DNA from: a virus
Virus record (IMG/VR): IMGVR_UViG_3300021431_000203
Span: 1-42,106 of that record
Reading direction: 5' to 3' (one strand)
DNA length: 42,106 nt
Notes under the pieces: generated by a model
What the model saw: only the letters and a program-made list of their open reading frames with translations
Told to the model about the DNA's origin: nothing
Database searches by the model: none
Position numbers and translations under genes: made by a program
Shown here: positions 30,386 to 39,041 of the stretch, piece after piece
Layout: every line of letters starts with the position of its first letter
Position numbering within the stretch: the stretch's first letter is position 1

Positions 30386-30409
30386 CAAAAAAGGATTGTT
30401 AAAATCCTT
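30386..30409 (-). terminator. Rho-independent terminator
   Basis: Minus strand reads AAGGATT-TTAAC-AATCCTT, then TTTTGTG. Confidence 0.75.
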
Positions 30410-32099
30410 ATTCGTTTGATTTATATTTTATATAAACTTGTGATGGTGTTATTTCAGTTTCTATGTTTAAGGTATTATTTCCGTCTATTGTTGATATATT
30501 TGGTAGTGTTATTGATTCTTCTGTTGGGGTTGCTAATACATAGTCTACTGTTACATTATTAGATTGTAGCCATGTTGTAAAATCAGTTAATGTAGTTATA
30601 TTTGGTACTCTCATTACAATATCATTATAATATTCATTGTTTATTGCACCATAGCCTATTCCTACATTGCCTTGATATATTGAGCCTCTGCTGTTTGCTA
30701 ATAACATATTACAAAAAATTGGAGGCATTGTAAGGCTTTCAGTTCTAATGTTTTTACCATCGATTTTTATACAATTCATACCTTCTCTTATCATTTTTAT
30801 CTGTTCGTCACCAATTAATGTATATTCTTTTATATTTCTAACAGCCTTACCATTTATAAAATCAATGTAATCACTATATCCATCTATTTTTCTTAATGGT
30901 TCATCTAGGTATATATTTGTTGTTTCGTTGTAGTATGGAATGTATTTTGATGGTGCTATTGAGCCTTCTACTATCATGATACTGTCTAATATTTGTTGTT
31001 TGCTAGTAGTATTACTATTCTTACCACAATAAAATAATAAATATTTGGCAGTAGAAGACGTAGTATATACGCATTGCGTTTCAGTAGTTCCATCGTTATA
31101 TTTGAAAAAATTTGTAGTTTGTATTCCTTGAACCGGAATTTCTGAAGTACATCCAACTCTAAATCTATTATTTGCAGTATCAGATTGCAACATTTTTTTT
31201 AAAACATATGCAGTATTTGGTTTACATTCAATATACACAATATTATCATAATTCGAAGGATTCCCGTTTCCACTTACAACGCCTGTCCCACTTAAATAAC
31301 CGCCATAAACATTAGCATTATCTTTATCAAATAAATTTTCACTTCTAACATTAACCGGTATTTTATATTTGCCATAATTAATATCACTTGTATCAGTTAT
31401 TAAATCTCCACAACTTACCATTTCTTGTGGATAATCTGGATTAGGGCTTGGCTGACCTCCTGTATATTCTTCATATGTATCAATCGGATTTGTTGATACA
31501 ATTATGTCTTTTATTTCATATACAGCATCACTAACATTAGCAGTGTTTTCTGCTTGAAAAACCATTTGGTTTGCTATTATATCTGTTGATACAGTTTGCT
31601 TAACTGAATATATTACAAATTCATTAGAAACTCGATTATTAGTAATGCGTGTGTTAGTAGCATAAGTTGTACCATTATATAATCTACCACCATAACTTAG
31701 TATTGAGGCGGTCCCACTCTTCAATCTAACTTTAAATGTTGTGTATAATTCATCACCTGCTTTTAGTGGTATATCATTGATATTGACATAAAATGTGCTT
31801 GCACGAGCTAATGGGGTTGTAGTTATTACTCCATTATCAACTGTACAACGAAGTCTTGCGGTCATATTTTTATCATCTAATAAATTCTTTCCACTTGTAG
31901 TATTCTGGTATGTATTACCATACACTTTATAATCTTTTAAATCCTTACCAATACCACCAAAGGTAATAGGCAAAGTTGTACTTGTTTTTTCTCTTAAAAA
32001 GCCACGTTCAAATACAACCTCACCGTTTTTTAAAATCTTATCTATACTTTCATTGTCTTTATAAATAAATCCTATTTGTTTGTTTGCTTTCATTATCAT
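30408..32099 (-). CDS. Fibre / receptor-binding-like structural protein (563 aa)
   Basis: A beta-rich, N/T/S/Y-rich ORF. The motifs YGNTYQNTTSGKNLLD and GGQPSPNPDYPQEMVSCGD recur in Firmicute phage fibre proteins, as recalled. Confidence 0.5.
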   Translation of the reverse strand: MIMKANKQIGFIYKDNESIDKILKNGEVVFERGFLREKTSTTLPITFGGIGKDLKDYKVYGNTYQNTTSGKNLLDDKNMTARLRCTVDNGVITTTPLARASTFYVNINDIPLKAGDELYTTFKVRLKSGTASILSYGGRLYNGTTYATNTRITNNRVSNEFVIYSVKQTVSTDIIANQMVFQAENTANVSDAVYEIKDIIVSTNPIDTYEEYTGGQPSPNPDYPQEMVSCGDLITDTSDINYGKYKIPVNVRSENLFDKDNANVYGGYLSGTGVVSGNGNPSNYDNIVYIECKPNTAYVLKKMLQSDTANNRFRVGCTSEIPVQGIQTTNFFKYNDGTTETQCVYTTSSTAKYLLFYCGKNSNTTSKQQILDSIMIVEGSIAPSKYIPYYNETTNIYLDEPLRKIDGYSDYIDFINGKAVRNIKEYTLIGDEQIKMIREGMNCIKIDGKNIRTESLTMPPIFCNMLLANSRGSIYQGNVGIGYGAINNEYYNDIVMRVPNITTLTDFTTWLQSNNVTVDYVLATPTEESITLPNISTIDGNNTLNIETEITPSQVYIKYKSNE

Positions 32100-32103
32100 A
32101 GGC

Positions 32104-32754
32104 TTACACCTCTTTTATTAAATAATATACTGTTGCGTCCTTTGTTTCTAGTGCGTCATACTCGGCTTGTGTTAATATAACAATCTTGCTGTTTTGTAAG
32201 TATCTGTTATCACTATCAACTTTGTTATAAACATCACTAGCGTTTGCTTTACCACTTATTTCGGTTTGTAATTCAGTTGTTAGTAATGTCTTTGATATAC
32301 TTCCACTTACTATATTACAAGTTATTTTGTTATCGTTGCTAACTACAACTTGAATTGTTGCACTTGTTGTTCCTGTGTAGTCGTCTATTAATCCACTTGC
32401 TGGGATTCTTATCTCTTGACCACTTGCTAATACCAATACTAAATCTTGGCTTAAATTGTCATAATAACCTCTTGTAACAATTTCCTCCACAGGTAAATCA
32501 ACTGTGATAGTTGTGTTATCATGTCTTGTAAATATTAACACACCTGTTGTTGAATTATACTCAACATTTTTAATATCAAGTGTGTTTTGATTATCAGTAT
32601 AATCCTTTGCAGTTTGTAAGTTGCTTGCTAGTGTTGGTGCGATGTCTGTCTCTACTTGGTCTTTAACATCGCTTGACATATCTAATATATCTTCGGCTGT
32701 GTAATAATCCACACCCTTTTCAGGTACTACTTTTCCTAAATCTAATCGTGCCAT
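32104..32754 (-). CDS. Fibre-like structural protein (216 aa)
   Basis: N-terminus MARLDLGKVVPEKGVDYYT. The C-terminus ILTQAEYDALETKDATVYYLI is typical of phage fibre or appendage proteins. Confidence 0.45.
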   Translation of the reverse strand: MARLDLGKVVPEKGVDYYTAEDILDMSSDVKDQVETDIAPTLASNLQTAKDYTDNQNTLDIKNVEYNSTTGVLIFTRHDNTTITVDLPVEEIVTRGYYDNLSQDLVLVLASGQEIRIPASGLIDDYTGTTSATIQVVVSNDNKITCNIVSGSISKTLLTTELQTEISGKANASDVYNKVDSDNRYLQNSKIVILTQAEYDALETKDATVYYLIKEV

Positions 32755-32758
32755 ATTT

Positions 32759-33388
32759 TTACTCCTCTCCTATCGTTAAATATAAATGCCCGTTTGTAAG
32801 GCTGTAATTTGTCAAATTTGAGCCACTTTCACTTGTACCTATCAAGTGTCCGTTCTCTATCTTAAAAACTGTTATACCACTGTCTCCGTCATAAATATCA
32901 ACGTTTTTTGTTTCTGCATTTCTATTAGTAATACTAACAGTTGTTTTGTTGCCTGTTTTACTTGCGTCAATGTCAACGTTCGCAACTTGGTTTAATCCGT
33001 CTTCAAGTGCTTGCTCGAACTGTTCCATTTCACTTGGTGTAATTGGTTCACTGTTTTGTGCCTCTTTTAGTGAACCTTGCCATGTATTAAAATAGGCAGG
33101 ACTTGGATTGTATCTTTTTATTTCTTCCTCATTCTCAACTAAATAAGCCACAACGCCTATTTCTACCATGCCTTTTGTTTCTAATACCTCACTTGGAAAA
33201 GAACACTCGTTATTGATAATTATTTGTTTGTAAGTTTGGTTGTTTAATGTAAAGTATGCCTCTTTTACATAGTCGTTTGTAATATCTTCGTGAAATTCAA
33301 ACACGCACTTGCTAATATCTATCTCACGCTCGTTTACAGCCTCATCTTTGATTATTTCTATCTTGTGTGGGTTAACTATCAATCTCAT
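32759..33388 (-). CDS. Structural protein, possibly BppU-N-like (209 aa)
   Basis: Beta-rich and immediately downstream of the portal gene with a TAATG overlap. The resemblance to baseplate-upper-protein N-domains is weak. Confidence 0.35.
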   Translation of the reverse strand: MRLIVNPHKIEIIKDEAVNEREIDISKCVFEFHEDITNDYVKEAYFTLNNQTYKQIIINNECSFPSEVLETKGMVEIGVVAYLVENEEEIKRYNPSPAYFNTWQGSLKEAQNSEPITPSEMEQFEQALEDGLNQVANVDIDASKTGNKTTVSITNRNAETKNVDIYDGDSGITVFKIENGHLIGTSESGSNLTNYSLTNGHLYLTIGEE

Positions 33389-34764
33389 TATTCTTCACCT
33401 CTCGTTCCTAGTACATCGTCAACAGTTGGGTTTGTTGCTTCTATCTCGTCAATTGCTTTTTGACTTTCTTCTAGTGTTTCGTCTGGTTTAAGCCATTGTC
33501 TTTCTTCAACTTTCTTTAAAACACCGTCTTGTACGCCCATTCTTATTTGGTTAAATGATTCTTGTGAATCTTCAATTAATGAATAGCTCCAATCAAAACT
33601 TAATTCATAATCACCCATTGGCGATAGGTTGTAAGCATTTGCTAGAACATTACAAGCATAGAAAAAATCCTCTAAACCTTTCTCAACATTGCTACGCATA
33701 TCATCAACAATATTAAATGTGTCATACATAGCCCTTTTAATTTCAGTAGCAGTCGCATTTTGTGTTTGCATATCACTTATAATACCACGACTTGTTCCTA
33801 TTTCGTCTTCTAGGCGTTTATAAAGTTCTTGTAATCTTTCTGTATAACTTCTGAACGCAGGGTCGAATACTTCAAAATTCTTTTCGCCCTCACTACCAAA
33901 GTCAAATGATTTATAAAGCCCGTCAGATGGAAGTGTTTTATCTGCTTTAAATAAAGTTGCGTCAACTCCTACAAATGGTCGTTTAAGTCTAAACTCCTCT
34001 AACAATTGTTTCATTGTTTCTTTTATTTCGTTTATAGTAGCCTCACAACCGTATGTGATAGGCACACCGTACTTATCGTTTGTCTTACGGTTATTTATTG
34101 GCGATTTAATATAACCAAACAAAGCCCTATCTACGCCATCAATAGTTTGTTTTAATAATATGTTTTGCCAAAAACTAGGTGTTGGAACTTCTGAACCTGT
34201 CTCATCAGTGAACTTTTGTTCAATAACACATCTACCATTTTCAAGCCTGTAATTAGTCCATCTGATGTATGTTTTGGTTTTGCCTAAATCGGTTGTTATT
34301 TCTTTCTTTTCGGCTAATACAGTTGCCCCTGTGATTAAATCACCCTCAGTACTGTCAATTGTAAATCTACTTTGTGATATTAAGTTATAGAATAGTTTAT
34401 TACCCTTAACATAAGGTATTAAAACTAATCCACCATATCCAAAGCCCATTGATACAATTTTCTTGGCTTTCTTCCACATCGACTGCCCTGTCTTATTTAA
34501 CAATTCAGTTCTGGGATTTGTTGTTTTTACTTTATTTTCTTTTCCATCTTTTTTTACAATTTTAGTTTCACCAGTAATATTCATATTACTATCACTAATA
34601 ACATAATTCGCTAATTTGTTGCTGAATATAGCGTTGAAATTTATGTTATCAATTCGCTCGTACTCGAACGCATATCTTTGGTTGTCTTCAACCTCTTTTT
34701 GTTTTGTTTCGGTCGGAACTTTAAATACTTTGTTTAAAATCCACATTACTATACCTTTTAACAT
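33388..34764 (-). CDS. Portal protein (SPP1 gp6-like)
   Basis: A 458-aa ORF directly downstream of TerL, with size and composition typical of portals. Confidence 0.8.
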   Translation of the reverse strand: MLKGIVMWILNKVFKVPTETKQKEVEDNQRYAFEYERIDNINFNAIFSNKLANYVISDSNMNITGETKIVKKDGKENKVKTTNPRTELLNKTGQSMWKKAKKIVSMGFGYGGLVLIPYVKGNKLFYNLISQSRFTIDSTEGDLITGATVLAEKKEITTDLGKTKTYIRWTNYRLENGRCVIEQKFTDETGSEVPTPSFWQNILLKQTIDGVDRALFGYIKSPINNRKTNDKYGVPITYGCEATINEIKETMKQLLEEFRLKRPFVGVDATLFKADKTLPSDGLYKSFDFGSEGEKNFEVFDPAFRSYTERLQELYKRLEDEIGTSRGIISDMQTQNATATEIKRAMYDTFNIVDDMRSNVEKGLEDFFYACNVLANAYNLSPMGDYELSFDWSYSLIEDSQESFNQIRMGVQDGVLKKVEERQWLKPDETLEESQKAIDEIEATNPTVDDVLGTRGEE

Positions 34765-34768
34765 TTTT

Positions 34769-36310
34769 CTACTGTCCTCTCTTTCTCCATATATTATTTA
34801 ACGCATATCTTATACTATCTATGCAGTGGTTGTCTGCGTCCACATAGCCACTGACATAATTTCCATCTTTGTCTTCTTCGTACTCGTATGTACTAAACTC
34901 TTGAGCAGACACTGGGCAACGTGCTGGGTCTATTACGATTTTAGCAAGTGAGCAAAGCCACTTCATAGAATATTCTACACTGCCCGGTCCTTTTTCAGCA
35001 CCACGCATACTAGAACCATACATACGGAAATCGCCAATTGATTTTGGCTCGGCACTATCGGCGATTATCATATCTTCTTCTGTTACGCCTTTGTTTGTTT
35101 TTAAATATTCCCACACATCAGCATTACTCATTTTGTTTACTACAAACTCGTCAAATATATACAAAGCCTTTTGGTTTGGATTATAGCAACATTTCGTCCA
35201 CGCCAAAGGGTCTGGAAACCACCCAAAGTCTATGCCTTGATATGTATAGTCAAAGTTGTTTATTTCTTCATCTGTTATTGGTCTTAATTCTAAGTTTTCA
35301 AATACATTTCCACCATCGCCGGTTTCTTCTCCTAGATATTCATTTCTGTATATCTTTTCATTGGTGTTTTTCATGTACTCGGCTTCATCAAAAAATGGTT
35401 GACCTAACCATTCAACAGGTACATCTAAATACGTACTGTTATGTATTAAACGGTTTGGTTTTGGGATTCTAGCCTCGACATTTACAAAGTGTTTTGAAGA
35501 TTTTGGCGTGTTGTAAACTCTAAATATAACAAAGTCATTACCACCACGCATAACAGACTGGTCTATCTTACGAACCTCTGCCATGCCTTTCATTTGGTCA
35601 AACTCTTCATAAACAATTACACCTATATATTTGTCTTTTGGTGGTTTAATTGATTTAATTTTGCCCGGGTCGTCTGCTCCTCGGAAATAAATAACTTGCC
35701 CTGTGTTTTTGTTAACTATTTCAAGTGGGCTTTTTGTACCTTTCCAATTTTCATTTATAAATGGATAAGTTTCGCCAAGTTTATCAATGCCCCATAGTGT
35801 TTGAGCGTATGCACTATCTTTCAAAGTGTTTGCAACTTGACGAATACATATCGCACACATATTGGGATTGTTTTCAAGTATCTCCGTTAACATCTCACTC
35901 CAAAACGATGATTTAATACTACCACGACCACCTTTAAACCAATATTCAAGATGTCGGCGTTCTTGTATATCTCTATAAACATCTACAAAAGCTTTACCCA
36001 TATCCTTTGCCGGAATATATACAGTCGGTTTTTCTTGTTGTTCTGATTTTTCTTTCTTTTCCATTAAGTTTTGAATTATCTCGTAGTTTTTACCGTTGCC
36101 ATCTTCTGCACCTTTTACAAGTCCGAGTGTTGCCAATTCTCTATGTGTTAACCCTGTGCTTTCTTCGGTTGCGTCTAGTACCTTTTCAAGCACCGACAAC
36201 ATAGTGGCTTTTTTACGCCTAGCCTCCCCAGATGCTATGCCACCTTTTCTGCCAAGTTCTTTCGCTTCAGCCTCGGTTCGAACGGGTTTTAAATTGTCTA
36301 TATTAGCCAC
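34769..36310 (-). CDS. terL: Terminase large subunit (PBSX family) with an N-terminal extension of about 110 aa
   Basis: Walker A-like WFKGGRGSIKSSF and the C-terminal nuclease region DSAEPKSI...DADNHCIDSIRY. The N-terminal NLKPVRTEAEAKELGRKGGIASGEARRKK is basic. GTG start. Confidence 0.85.
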   Translation of the reverse strand: MANIDNLKPVRTEAEAKELGRKGGIASGEARRKKATMLSVLEKVLDATEESTGLTHRELATLGLVKGAEDGNGKNYEIIQNLMEKKEKSEQQEKPTVYIPAKDMGKAFVDVYRDIQERRHLEYWFKGGRGSIKSSFWSEMLTEILENNPNMCAICIRQVANTLKDSAYAQTLWGIDKLGETYPFINENWKGTKSPLEIVNKNTGQVIYFRGADDPGKIKSIKPPKDKYIGVIVYEEFDQMKGMAEVRKIDQSVMRGGNDFVIFRVYNTPKSSKHFVNVEARIPKPNRLIHNSTYLDVPVEWLGQPFFDEAEYMKNTNEKIYRNEYLGEETGDGGNVFENLELRPITDEEINNFDYTYQGIDFGWFPDPLAWTKCCYNPNQKALYIFDEFVVNKMSNADVWEYLKTNKGVTEEDMIIADSAEPKSIGDFRMYGSSMRGAEKGPGSVEYSMKWLCSLAKIVIDPARCPVSAQEFSTYEYEEDKDGNYVSGYVDADNHCIDSIRYALNNIWRKRGQ

Positions 36311-36348
36311 TTTATCACCTACTTTTCTTTTAAATGTTTTTCAACAAA

Positions 36349-36377
36349 ATTATAACACATTAATTAAAATGTGTCTA
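36349..36377 (-). promoter_or_regulatory. Sigma-A-type promoter whose spacer is an inverted repeat (candidate operator)
   Basis: Minus strand reads TAGACA, a 17-nt spacer, then TATAAT with TGT. The inverted repeat ACACAT-N8-ATGTGT at 36355-36374 fills the spacer. Confidence 0.55.
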
Positions 36378-36789
36378 ATTTAGGGCGAATGAGGTAATTA
36401 GGTTTGATAAGAAGTTTACCTTTGTTACCTCGGTCGTTTATGTGTTCACGTTCGAAGTATTGGAGTAAATCACGGATTTGTTTAAGGTTTTCAATGTCGA
36501 GGTGTCCTTTGATGTTTTGATCTAACATCTCGGAAGTTATGAAACAAAATATTTCATAGTCTAATTTTTCGATTAAGTGTAAATAGTCGTGTGAATTGCT
36601 TTCCCCTCGGTGTTGTCCTTGCATAAGTATAGCACCGTTGGAAATCTCACGTTTGCCACCTAAACGGTTTGGGATAATCAAATGATGGAATGATATGTTG
36701 TTGGTTTTATCTACACGGTATCCCATGAAATCCAAGCCTATTTTTTTAATTTTGTAAAGTTTAACCATTTCTTTAGTTACTGCGTCCAT
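36364..36789 (-). CDS. HNH endonuclease (terminase-associated type)
   Basis: ISFHHLIIPNRLGGKREISNGAILMQGQHRGESNSHDYLH fits an HH...GG...N...H...H pattern. It lies immediately upstream of TerL. Confidence 0.6.
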   Translation of the reverse strand: MDAVTKEMVKLYKIKKIGLDFMGYRVDKTNNISFHHLIIPNRLGGKREISNGAILMQGQHRGESNSHDYLHLIEKLDYEIFCFITSEMLDQNIKGHLDIENLKQIRDLLQYFEREHINDRGNKGKLLIKPNYLIRPKLDTF

Positions 36790-37033
36790 TTTCTAATCCT
36801 CCTAAAATTAATAATTCTTCGTATTCAATTTCGTCATTTATGTATCGCCAAACGAGGTTTCGTTTGTATTCCTCGAAGTGTAAGGAATATATTTTTGTTT
36901 TGAACTGTCGCATAAGTTGAAGTGCTTTTCTGCGGTCAAACACAGAAAAAGACGTCAAAAAACCATTGTATTGATTTTTCAACGCCTCAATATTGCATAC
37001 TACATCTTTAAAAGTCCAATCACTTTCAATCAT
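36773..37033 (-). CDS. Hypothetical protein (86 aa) in the small-terminase position
   Basis: ATG 37033 after AAAGGTGG; the track uses TTG 37042. No recognisable TerS motif. Confidence 0.55.
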   Translation of the reverse strand: MIESDWTFKDVVCNIEALKNQYNGFLTSFSVFDRRKALQLMRQFKTKIYSLHFEEYKRNLVWRYINDEIEYEELLILGGLENGRSN

Positions 37034-37062
37034 AAAATTCAACCACCTTTATCTCTAAATAG

Positions 37063-37091
37063 ATTATAACATAAAAGCGTGAAAATTACAA
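37063..37091 (-). promoter_or_regulatory. Sigma-A-type promoter with extended -10 (packaging operon)
   Basis: Minus strand reads TTGTAA, a 17-nt spacer, then TGTTATAAT. Confidence 0.6.
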
Positions 37092-37095
37092 GAAC

Positions 37096-37132
37096 AAAAA
37101 AAGCGACCTAGTTAGAAGTGTGGTTTGTCGCT
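37096..37132 (-). terminator. Putative intrinsic terminator (6-bp stem, long loop, flanked by A7/T4)
   Basis: Minus strand reads AGCGAC-19 nt-GTCGCT, then T7. The stem is weak. Confidence 0.45.
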
Positions 37133-37198
37133 TTTCTATAAAAGAATAAAAAGGGGTCGGTACATAATGAAAAAACTTTTCAATAGATGACCAATTAC

Positions 37199-37227
37199 AT
37201 TATAACATAGTTTTAGGATTTTTGCAA
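37199..37227 (-). promoter_or_regulatory. Sigma-A-type promoter with extended -10
   Basis: Minus strand reads TTGCAA, a 17-nt spacer, then TGTTATAAT. It would start a transcript about 95 nt upstream of the terminator at 37096-37132. Confidence 0.5.
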
Positions 37228-37359
37228 CTTGCGTTTAAGTTCGTTGTTTTCTTTGATAAGTTCTTTGACTTGTTTGTAAAGTTTAAAGTTTTCGTTAATG
37301 AGATTCTCGTTGGCTTGTTTTAAATCATCATATCGTTTTTTAAGAGTTTCGTAGGACAT
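37213..37359 (-). CDS. Small coiled-coil protein (48 aa)
   Basis: Below the track cutoff. ATG 37359. MSYETLKKRYDDLKQANENLINENFKLYKQVKELIKENNELKRKLQKS. Confidence 0.5.
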   Translation of the reverse strand: MSYETLKKRYDDLKQANENLINENFKLYKQVKELIKENNELKRKLQKS

Positions 37360-37361
37360 AA

Positions 37362-37556
37362 TTATTCCTCCACAATTTCAATTTCATCATTCAAATTGCA
37401 AAAAGCAATATAATCAAGAAGTCCTTGCCCATAATAGTGTTCAACAATTGGTTCATAATCGTCAGTATCATATTCAAAAATCATATTGTCCCATTTTATT
37501 TTTTTAGGTGTTTTTTCTCCTATTGCACATTTATTTAATAATTGAATTATTGTCAT
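37362..37556 (-). CDS. Small protein, short paralog of 38061-38444
   Basis: It shares MT(I/V)IQLLNK-A-GE--PKKIK and NLNDE(I/V)EI(V/L)EE with the 127-aa protein. Confidence 0.65.
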   Translation of the reverse strand: MTIIQLLNKCAIGEKTPKKIKWDNMIFEYDTDDYEPIVEHYYGQGLLDYIAFCNLNDEIEIVEE

Positions 37557-37558
37557 AT

Positions 37559-38077
37559 TTATTCTCCTTTGCTTTTAAGATACTTAAATATGTATCCTTT
37601 TGTTTGTTTATATTTTCCTAAAGCACACATAGATATACTGCTTTGGCTAATGTTTGTTTCTTTACTTGCTTCATTAGTTGAATTATATGTTTTTATATAA
37701 TTACCATTAATATCATATTGTGCTACTTTTCTATTATTTTTCATTAAACTATTTTTATATGCGTGTCTAATATTATCTAAAAGACTACACCACTCTAAAT
37801 TGTTCAAATCATTATTTGTTTTATTTCCATCTATGTGATTGACGCAAGGTAAATTATCAGGATTAGGTATAAAAGTTTCTGCTATTAACCTATGTAAATA
37901 TACCATTGTTACTTTATAGTCTTTACATAATGAAGTAGTGTAATAGCCATTAGTTCTATAAAATACTTTTAATGGTCTTTTTGTTTTTACTTTTCTTATT
38001 ACTCCAAAATTACTTATTTCATATAAGTTTTCATAATTTTTGATTGGTTTCCATATTTCTTCATTTGATTTTATCAT
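37559..38077 (-). CDS. HNH homing endonuclease (NUMOD4 + HNH_3 + C-terminal HTH), copy 2
   Basis: WKPIKNYENLYEISNFGVIRK, then HRLIAETFIPNPDNLPCVNHIDGNKTNNDLNNLEW, and the C-terminal AQYDINGNYIKTYNSTNEASKETNISQSSISMCA. Confidence 0.8.
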   Translation of the reverse strand: MIKSNEEIWKPIKNYENLYEISNFGVIRKVKTKRPLKVFYRTNGYYTTSLCKDYKVTMVYLHRLIAETFIPNPDNLPCVNHIDGNKTNNDLNNLEWCSLLDNIRHAYKNSLMKNNRKVAQYDINGNYIKTYNSTNEASKETNISQSSISMCALGKYKQTKGYIFKYLKSKGE

Positions 38078-38444
38078 TTAATATCTCCAATACATCTATT
38101 ATTTCGTTGATTTTAAACATTAATTGTTCATTGTTTGGTACTTTTGTTATACCTTCTTTTGGATTTACTATTCCATATAATTTTTCAGGTATTTTCTTTT
38201 CTTCTTCTAGGATTTCTACTTCATCATTTAAATTATAATCTCTTATTTCTAAATAATAATAAGTACCATCATAATTTATTCGATACCCTTTTACTTCTTC
38301 CCATTCAGCAGTGAAATAATTATCACCTTTTCCTATATTGAACGTTTCATAATTATAAATTTTATTACCAACTTTTATCTTTTTTGGTACTTCTTCCCCA
38401 TTTGCTATTTTATTTAAAAGTTGAATAACAGTCATTTTACTCAT
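38061..38444 (-). CDS. Hypothetical protein (127 aa), long paralog of 37362-37556
   Basis: See the paralog above. The ORF overlaps both flanking HNH genes. Confidence 0.65.
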   Translation of the reverse strand: MSKMTVIQLLNKIANGEEVPKKIKVGNKIYNYETFNIGKGDNYFTAEWEEVKGYRINYDGTYYYLEIRDYNLNDEVEILEEEKKIPEKLYGIVNPKEGITKVPNNEQLMFKINEIIDVLEILNDKIK

Positions 38445-39039
38445 AATTTAACCTCCATATATATCCATAAGAACTCTTACTTCTTCCTAAAGCACAATTA
38501 CTAATACAATTTTGTTTATAGCCAAGTTCTCTTTCAGCATCTTTTTGACTATCCCATTTTTTTATAAAATTGCCGTTTAAATCATATTGATAAATTGGTT
38601 TTGACTTATTAGCATTTTTACCACATTTACCATACATTTTATTGTTTTTTCCTTTTGGTATCTTAATTTGCCCATCTTTCCAAGCAACACTGGTATTATA
38701 TTCTTTGGTACACCATTCTAAATTTTCTACATTATTATTTAATTTATTACAATCAATGTGATTTACGCAATTATAATGATTAGGATTTTCTAAAAAAGTT
38801 TCTGCTACTAATCTATGTACAAAGTATTGTTTCACTTTATTATTATTTGATAAGCCTACAACATAATACATTCCATTAAATGTTTGCTTTAACATTCTAC
38901 CTTTTATAATTCTTTTTGCTTTTACTCCATATTGATTTGAAACATTTACTTCTTTGTCCAAACTTCTAACTTTTCCATTACTAGAAACTTCATAAATACC
39001 ATCAAAATCTTTTATAGGTTTCCAATCTATTATCTTCAT
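38437..39039 (-). CDS. HNH homing endonuclease (NUMOD4 + HNH_3 + C-terminal HTH), copy 1
   Basis: WKPIKDFDGIYEVSSNGKVRS, then HRLVAETFLENPNHYNCVNHIDCNKLNNNVENLEW, and the C-terminal YQYDLNGNFIKKWDSQKDAERELGYKQNCISNCA. Confidence 0.8.
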   Translation of the reverse strand: MKIIDWKPIKDFDGIYEVSSNGKVRSLDKEVNVSNQYGVKAKRIIKGRMLKQTFNGMYYVVGLSNNNKVKQYFVHRLVAETFLENPNHYNCVNHIDCNKLNNNVENLEWCTKEYNTSVAWKDGQIKIPKGKNNKMYGKCGKNANKSKPIYQYDLNGNFIKKWDSQKDAERELGYKQNCISNCALGRSKSSYGYIWRLNYE

Positions 39040-39041
39040 AT

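Noticed and set aside
37167-37190. A plus-strand mini-ORF MKKLFNR preceded by aaaagggg in the packaging-upstream intergenic region.
   Set aside because: It has seven codons and would be the only plus-strand gene in the genome. The G-run is better explained as part of a cis element (the cos or sRNA candidate).
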